This document shows positions 16,537-20,039 of a DNA stretch of 20,039 nt, in pieces. The stretch is from contig CAZSBQ010000048.1 in the NCBI GenBank assembly GCA_964604795.1, positions 1-20,039 on the forward strand. Direction: 5' to 3'. Below the pieces are notes generated by a model. The model searched no databases. It saw only the letters and a list, made by a program, of their open reading frames with translations, and had not been told where the DNA came from. The first letter of the stretch is position 1, and each line of letters opens with the position of its first letter. Source of the stretch: an uncultured Victivallales bacterium. Lineage in GTDB: Bacteria > Verrucomicrobiota > Lentisphaeria > Oligosphaerales > CAZSBQ01. The position numbers and the translations under genes are program-made.

Positions 16537-17667
16537 CTACTCCTCCTCCGTTTTTTTGCGTCTGTCCGGCTCGGGCTCATCGAAGTCGTCCAGATCGCTT
16601 GTCGCCGGGGCGATCGTTGCCGGCGCGCGCTCGGCCGTATCCTCCTCCGCCTCCGGTTCCTCATCAAACCCGGCAAGCAGCTCGTCCAGGTCCTCTTCCC
16701 CCTCCTCCTCCCGCCGGCGTCCGGCGCGGTCCAGGTCCCTCATCGCATCCATCACCGCATCGGCTTCGCCCGCCTTTTCATCCAGGTCCTCCACCAGACT
16801 GTCCACCTGGTCCTCATCGATTCCGCGCAGATCATAGGCGAGCATTTCCAGAAAGCGTCCGCGCACCCGCGAGACCACGCGCTCATTTTCCAGCAGCACG
16901 CCCAGCTCGCGCTCCGCATCCTTGTATCCCGACAGCAGATTCTTCAGCTCCATGTCGAGCACCCGCCGACGCGCGCTGCCCGCCTTTTCCCGCTCCTTCT
17001 TCTTGGCGACAATATCCTTGTGCAGCGACTCAAGCCGCCCCGACACGCCCTCGCGACGCTCCCTGTTCTGCGATATCTGGCCGTCGAAGGTTGCCAGCAT
17101 CGTCTCCGGAGACGTATCCTTGCGCAGCTTGCCGAGCAGGCCCGCCGCCTGTCCGCCCGCCTTGCGGAGCATATCCAGCGTGTTCCTCATCGCGCTCTTC
17201 GCCACCGGTTTCGGGGCGTTCCTGGCCAGTTCGCGGTCTTTCTCGGTGCTCATTGCCGGTTCCTCCGACTCCGTCGCGGCCGCTGCGGACTCCGCAGACC
17301 CCGACGAAGGTTCGCTGTTGGATTGTTCCTCGTTTCGATTCCACATCCGCTTCCACCAGGGACGCGTTGAATTCTCACTCTCCGTCCCCGATGCCGCCGC
17401 GGACTCCGCAGTCTGCCCGGAGTGCTCCGGGGTCGCTTCCCGGTTCGACTCGGTCTCGGACGCCGACTGACGCGAAACCGCCGCCTGCCCGCCACCGCTC
17501 TCGTCCGGTTTCCACCCGTGCGCGGGACAACGCCGGTTGCCGCGGCGCCAATGCAGGTCGCAGAATGCCGCGCCGCAGCCCTCGGCATCGCACGTTCCCG
17601 CCACAGCATACCGATTCGGCAACGCCCGCCCGCAAATGCAGCACTGTGTCTTGCTCTCGGTCATCAT
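16537..17667 (-). CDS. hypothetical Cys/His-rich (zinc-finger-like) protein with low-complexity S/E-rich middle and highly acidic C-terminus
   Basis: Double ATG at 17662-17667 with GGGTGA upstream. N-terminus CCICG...C..C...C..H....C..H. C-terminus EEEGEEDLDELLAGFDEEPEAEED. No family recognised. Confidence 0.5.
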   Translation of the reverse strand: MMTESKTQCCICGRALPNRYAVAGTCDAEGCGAAFCDLHWRRGNRRCPAHGWKPDESGGGQAAVSRQSASETESNREATPEHSGQTAESAAASGTESENSTRPWWKRMWNRNEEQSNSEPSSGSAESAAAATESEEPAMSTEKDRELARNAPKPVAKSAMRNTLDMLRKAGGQAAGLLGKLRKDTSPETMLATFDGQISQNRERREGVSGRLESLHKDIVAKKKEREKAGSARRRVLDMELKNLLSGYKDAERELGVLLENERVVSRVRGRFLEMLAYDLRGIDEDQVDSLVEDLDEKAGEADAVMDAMRDLDRAGRRREEEGEEDLDELLAGFDEEPEAEEDTAERAPATIAPATSDLDDFDEPEPDRRKKTEEE

Positions 17668-17789
17668 TCACCCAAGGTCATGGTTGCGTCCGTCAATGCT
17701 CGAGTCGTCCGTGCCGGCGTAAACGTATCGCGGGTTATCTCTTTTTACAAACGCACAAACACAAACACAAACGAAAACCCGAATCGAAC

Positions 17790-18403
17790 CGAGTCGAGTC
17801 TTGGGGCGCTGCCCCAAACCCCGCCAGGGGAAATGATTTCCCCTGGACCCCTCAGGCAGTTTTACCGCGAATCTGGCAAATCCACGCGAATGGGGGCAAG
17901 GCACGGACAGGGGCACGGGCAAGGGCAGGGGCCGGGAACTTGAGCGGTTTTTGGCAAACCGATCAAGTTCCCGACCCAGTTCCGCATTTTGGTTCTCCAA
18001 TCGTTATACCCTAAAATCGTCATACCTTCTCCTGCTCTTGTCTTCTCTCCGCGCCTCTGCGCCTCCGCGCGAGAATCATGCCTTTCCAATCGTCATACCA
18101 TCTCTCTGCCTTTTGTGCTGGGACTGGGGGACCGTGGGTGTGTGGGGTTGTGAGTATGTGGGTGTCACTGGTAACTGGTAACTCGCGTTTCGCGCCTCAC
18201 GTTTTATGAACAGGCAGGGATGCCTATTCTACTCTGCCTTTGCCTTATGATTCTGCCATCGATGATTCTGTCAAAACTGCCTTTGCCTTTCCAATTGTCA
18301 ACCCCATAATCGTCAACCCAATGCCTTTTCCTTCTCTCCGCGCCTCTGCGTCTCTGCGCGAGAATCATGCCTTTCCAATCGTCCACCGGGGGCGTTGCCC
18401 CGG
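17790..18403 (+). repeat. modular intergenic repeat, copy C (near-identical to copy A over ~330 bp)
   Basis: CAAACA tract 17745-17775; hp1 17801-17817; hp2 CCAGGGGAAATGATTTCCCCTGG 17824-17846; palindrome 17935-17975; AATCGTTATACC / AATCGTCATACC 18003-18030 and 18088; CGCG-rich unit 18037-18095 and again 18333-18390; GT-rich 18125-18160; ACTGGTAACTGGTAACT; hairpin 18209-18228; ATGATTCTG x2 18246-18275; AATTGTCAACC / AATCGTCAACC 18292-18320; hairpin CCGGGGC-GTT-GCCCCGG 18387-18403. Confidence 0.8.
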
Positions 18404-18494
18404 CCTGGTATGCGGCGCGCCGTTGGCGCAGATGCGGTGGACGCGTTTGTTCCAGCGGATCGTTGTTTGCGGCTCTGCGCAAAGAACGATCCAT

Positions 18495-18565
18495 GGGGGG
18501 TGCAGGGGGAACCACGTTTCCCCTGCCGAGGGTCTGGGGCGAGCAGCCCCTGGGTCTTGGCGTTC
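18495..18565 (-). repeat. inverted partial copy of the hp2/hp1 module of the repeat family
   Basis: GGGGGGTGCAGGGGGAACCACGTTTCCCCTG is the reverse complement of copy A 11611-11640. It is followed by GGGGCGAGCAGCCCCTGG, an hp1-like GGGGC...GCCCC hairpin. It abuts the 3' end of the AAA+/DUF4143 gene. Confidence 0.55.
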
Positions 18566-18601
18566 AAATGTCAACCCAACTCCCCGCAGGCGCCGAGGCT
18601 C

Positions 18602-19864
18602 TCAGCGCAGCAGCCAGTGGGCGGGGACATGCCAGATTCGGTCGTTGATCTTCTCGATAGTCCCGCCCGCGGTCACAAGCAGTCCGATACCGTCGGCATC
18701 CTGCTCGACGAACTTCTTCAGGTGCCGCGTATCGGCGGGATGGTACGTGTTCGACGCCTTGCACTCGCAGTACGCCGTAGTGTCGGGATTCGCCAGGGGG
18801 AAGACCGCGTCGACCTCCACCCCGGTCGAGGTGCGGATGAAGAAAAGGTCCTCGCGCAGGCTGGACAGATATAACTGCTTGCGAATATCGGTCAGCACCG
18901 TGTTTTCGAAAAGCTCCCCGGCATCCTGCCGGTAGTTGTTCAGCAGACAGCGCGCGAGCCCCGTGTCCGAGAAATACCACTTCGGGCTCTTCATCACCCG
19001 CTTGCCCAGGTTGCGGAAAAAGGGAGTCAGTCGCCACGCGATGAACAACTGCCGGTAGTAGTGGACGAAGCGACGCACCGTGTCCGCAGTCACCCCGCAG
19101 TCCCGGGCCAGCTCGCTCACATTCAGAAGCGAGCCCAGGCGAAGGGCAAACAGGGACTCGAAGCGCTCGAAAACATCCGCCGACTTCAGATTCACCAACT
19201 CGCGCAGGTCGGTTTCCAGGTACGTCTGCCGATAACTGTTCAGCCAGTTCCGACGGTCCTGGCCGTCGCGACGGGTGAGGAACTCCGGATAGCCGCCGTA
19301 CAGATTGAAATCCCGGAACCGGTCCAGCAGCTCCGCGGACTCCTGCACGGGGAGGTAGAACTCCGCAAGAATCCGCTCGGCCGCGCCGACCGATTCGGCC
19401 TCCAGCAGCGTGCTTAGCAGACCGGGGCCGTCGAGACCGCACAGCTCACGAAACGACAGCGGATCGAGCCGATAGAGCGCCACCCGCCCGGCCAGCGACT
19501 CCTTCACCTGCCGATGCAGCAGCAGGTGATTGGAGCCCAAAAGCAGAAACCGCCCCTTCACATTCGGGCGCTCGTCCACATCCAACTGGACCCGCTCCAC
19601 CAGCTCGGGCAGGCGCTGCACCTCGTCGAGAATGATCAACCGCTCCGCGTAGTGGGCGAACTCCCGTCGCGCGCCGTCCCCCTGCAATGCGGCGCGCACA
19701 CTGGGATCCTTGAGATTGTAGTACTGCACCGGCCGGTCGGTCTTCAGCAACTGGCGGACCAGCGTCGTCTTGCCCGTTTGACGCGCGCCCATGACCGCAA
19801 TCACCCGCTCGACATCAAGCGCGCGGGTAATATGCGGCGTCAATTGTCGCGCAAGAAAGTTCAT
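18602..19864 (-). CDS. AAA+ ATPase with C-terminal DUF4143 domain (AAA_14/DUF4143 family ATP-binding protein)
   Basis: ATG 19864 with GGTGAG RBS. Walker A VMGARQTGKTTLV; Walker B LIILDEVQ. The C-terminal half is typical of DUF4143 proteins (LRLGSLLNVSELARDCGV...YFSDTGL). Confidence 0.75.
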   Translation of the reverse strand: MNFLARQLTPHITRALDVERVIAVMGARQTGKTTLVRQLLKTDRPVQYYNLKDPSVRAALQGDGARREFAHYAERLIILDEVQRLPELVERVQLDVDERPNVKGRFLLLGSNHLLLHRQVKESLAGRVALYRLDPLSFRELCGLDGPGLLSTLLEAESVGAAERILAEFYLPVQESAELLDRFRDFNLYGGYPEFLTRRDGQDRRNWLNSYRQTYLETDLRELVNLKSADVFERFESLFALRLGSLLNVSELARDCGVTADTVRRFVHYYRQLFIAWRLTPFFRNLGKRVMKSPKWYFSDTGLARCLLNNYRQDAGELFENTVLTDIRKQLYLSSLREDLFFIRTSTGVEVDAVFPLANPDTTAYCECKASNTYHPADTRHLKKFVEQDADGIGLLVTAGGTIEKINDRIWHVPAHWLLR

Positions 19865-19974
19865 AGCTCACCAAATGCTGCATCAATGGGCGGAATCGTC
19901 AATTTACAGTGTATATCGCCATATGCCAGCGCCAGTTCACGGTGGAGAGTGTTTGGTGGTTCAATTGTCTGAGC

Positions 19975-20039
19975 GGTCTTGTTCACGCCTCACGTTTCAC
20001 GCTTCAAGTTTTATGAACAGGCAGGGATGCCTGTTTTAC
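19975..20039 (+). repeat. partial copy of the repeat family (hairpin-terminator module) running off the window end
   Basis: CACGCCTCACGTTTCACGCTTCAAGTTTTATGAACAGGCAGGGATGCCTGTTTTAC. The perfect AACAGGCA/TGCCTGTT hairpin at 20016-20035 plus TTTT. It sits upstream (gene-sense) of the 19864 ATG. Confidence 0.7.

Noticed and set aside
11783-18400. Small ORFs inside the repeats sharing a SLRASAPPRENHAFPIV peptide (11783..11989, 17951..18181, 18240..18935)
   Set aside because: The shared peptide simply mirrors the shared nucleotide repeat (the CGCG-rich unit). A stop codon differs between copies (ggcaact vs ggtaact). There is no RBS, and the composition is not protein-like.
9642-20039. Integron-like cassette array with the big palindromes as attC sites
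   Set aside because: The palindrome ends are GGGAAC/GTTCCC, not the RYYYAAC/GTTRRRY cores of attC. The spacer elements are 0.25-0.6 kb and composite. The only integrase in the window is a tRNA-adjacent island-type recombinase 8 kb away, in convergent rather than divergent orientation.

Overview
High-GC bacterial window with two distinct halves. The left ~9.1 kb looks like a tRNA-linked integrative element. It starts inside the 3' half of a class-II tRNA (most likely tRNA-Ser). Next comes a tyrosine integrase whose C-terminus is frameshifted at a T5A3 homopolymer. A cargo region follows, holding a 587-aa orphan ORF with a good sigma70-like promoter, a GTGTCAC-type iteron array around an AT-rich core, and a decayed P-loop NTPase. 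After that comes an AlpA/Xis-type HTH gene, an archaeo-eukaryotic-type primase-polymerase (PrimPol)-like gene translationally coupled (TAAATG) to a degenerate-P-loop DUF3987-like gene, a small hypothetical gene, and a ~550-bp hairpin-rich convergent gap. The right ~11 kb is a different landscape: six genes, all on the minus strand. They are a Ser/Thr kinase fused to an FGE-sulfatase-like domain (frameshifted, with an internal RAEVGG tandem repeat), a Zn-ribbon + SPFH/band-7 + coiled-coil protein, a membrane protein, a PD-(D/E)xK-like protein, a Cys-rich/acidic protein and an AAA+/DUF4143 ATPase. Every gap between these genes is filled by members of one modular repeat family. The modules are stacked GGGGC-N3-GCCCC hairpins, a ~41-bp GGGAAC...GTTCCC palindrome followed by a T-run, AATCGTCATACC direct-repeat pairs, CGCG-rich and GT-rich microsatellite tracts, and a terminator-like hairpin AACAGGCAGGGATGCCTGTTTT that always sits on the strand antisense to the genes. 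This repeat family and the way it packages the minus-strand gene array is the most unusual structure in the window. The orphan 587-aa cargo ORF and the iteron region inside the integrative element come second. Three genes carry frameshifts (integrase, NTPase, kinase). This could reflect indel errors in the assembly or genuine pseudogenisation.
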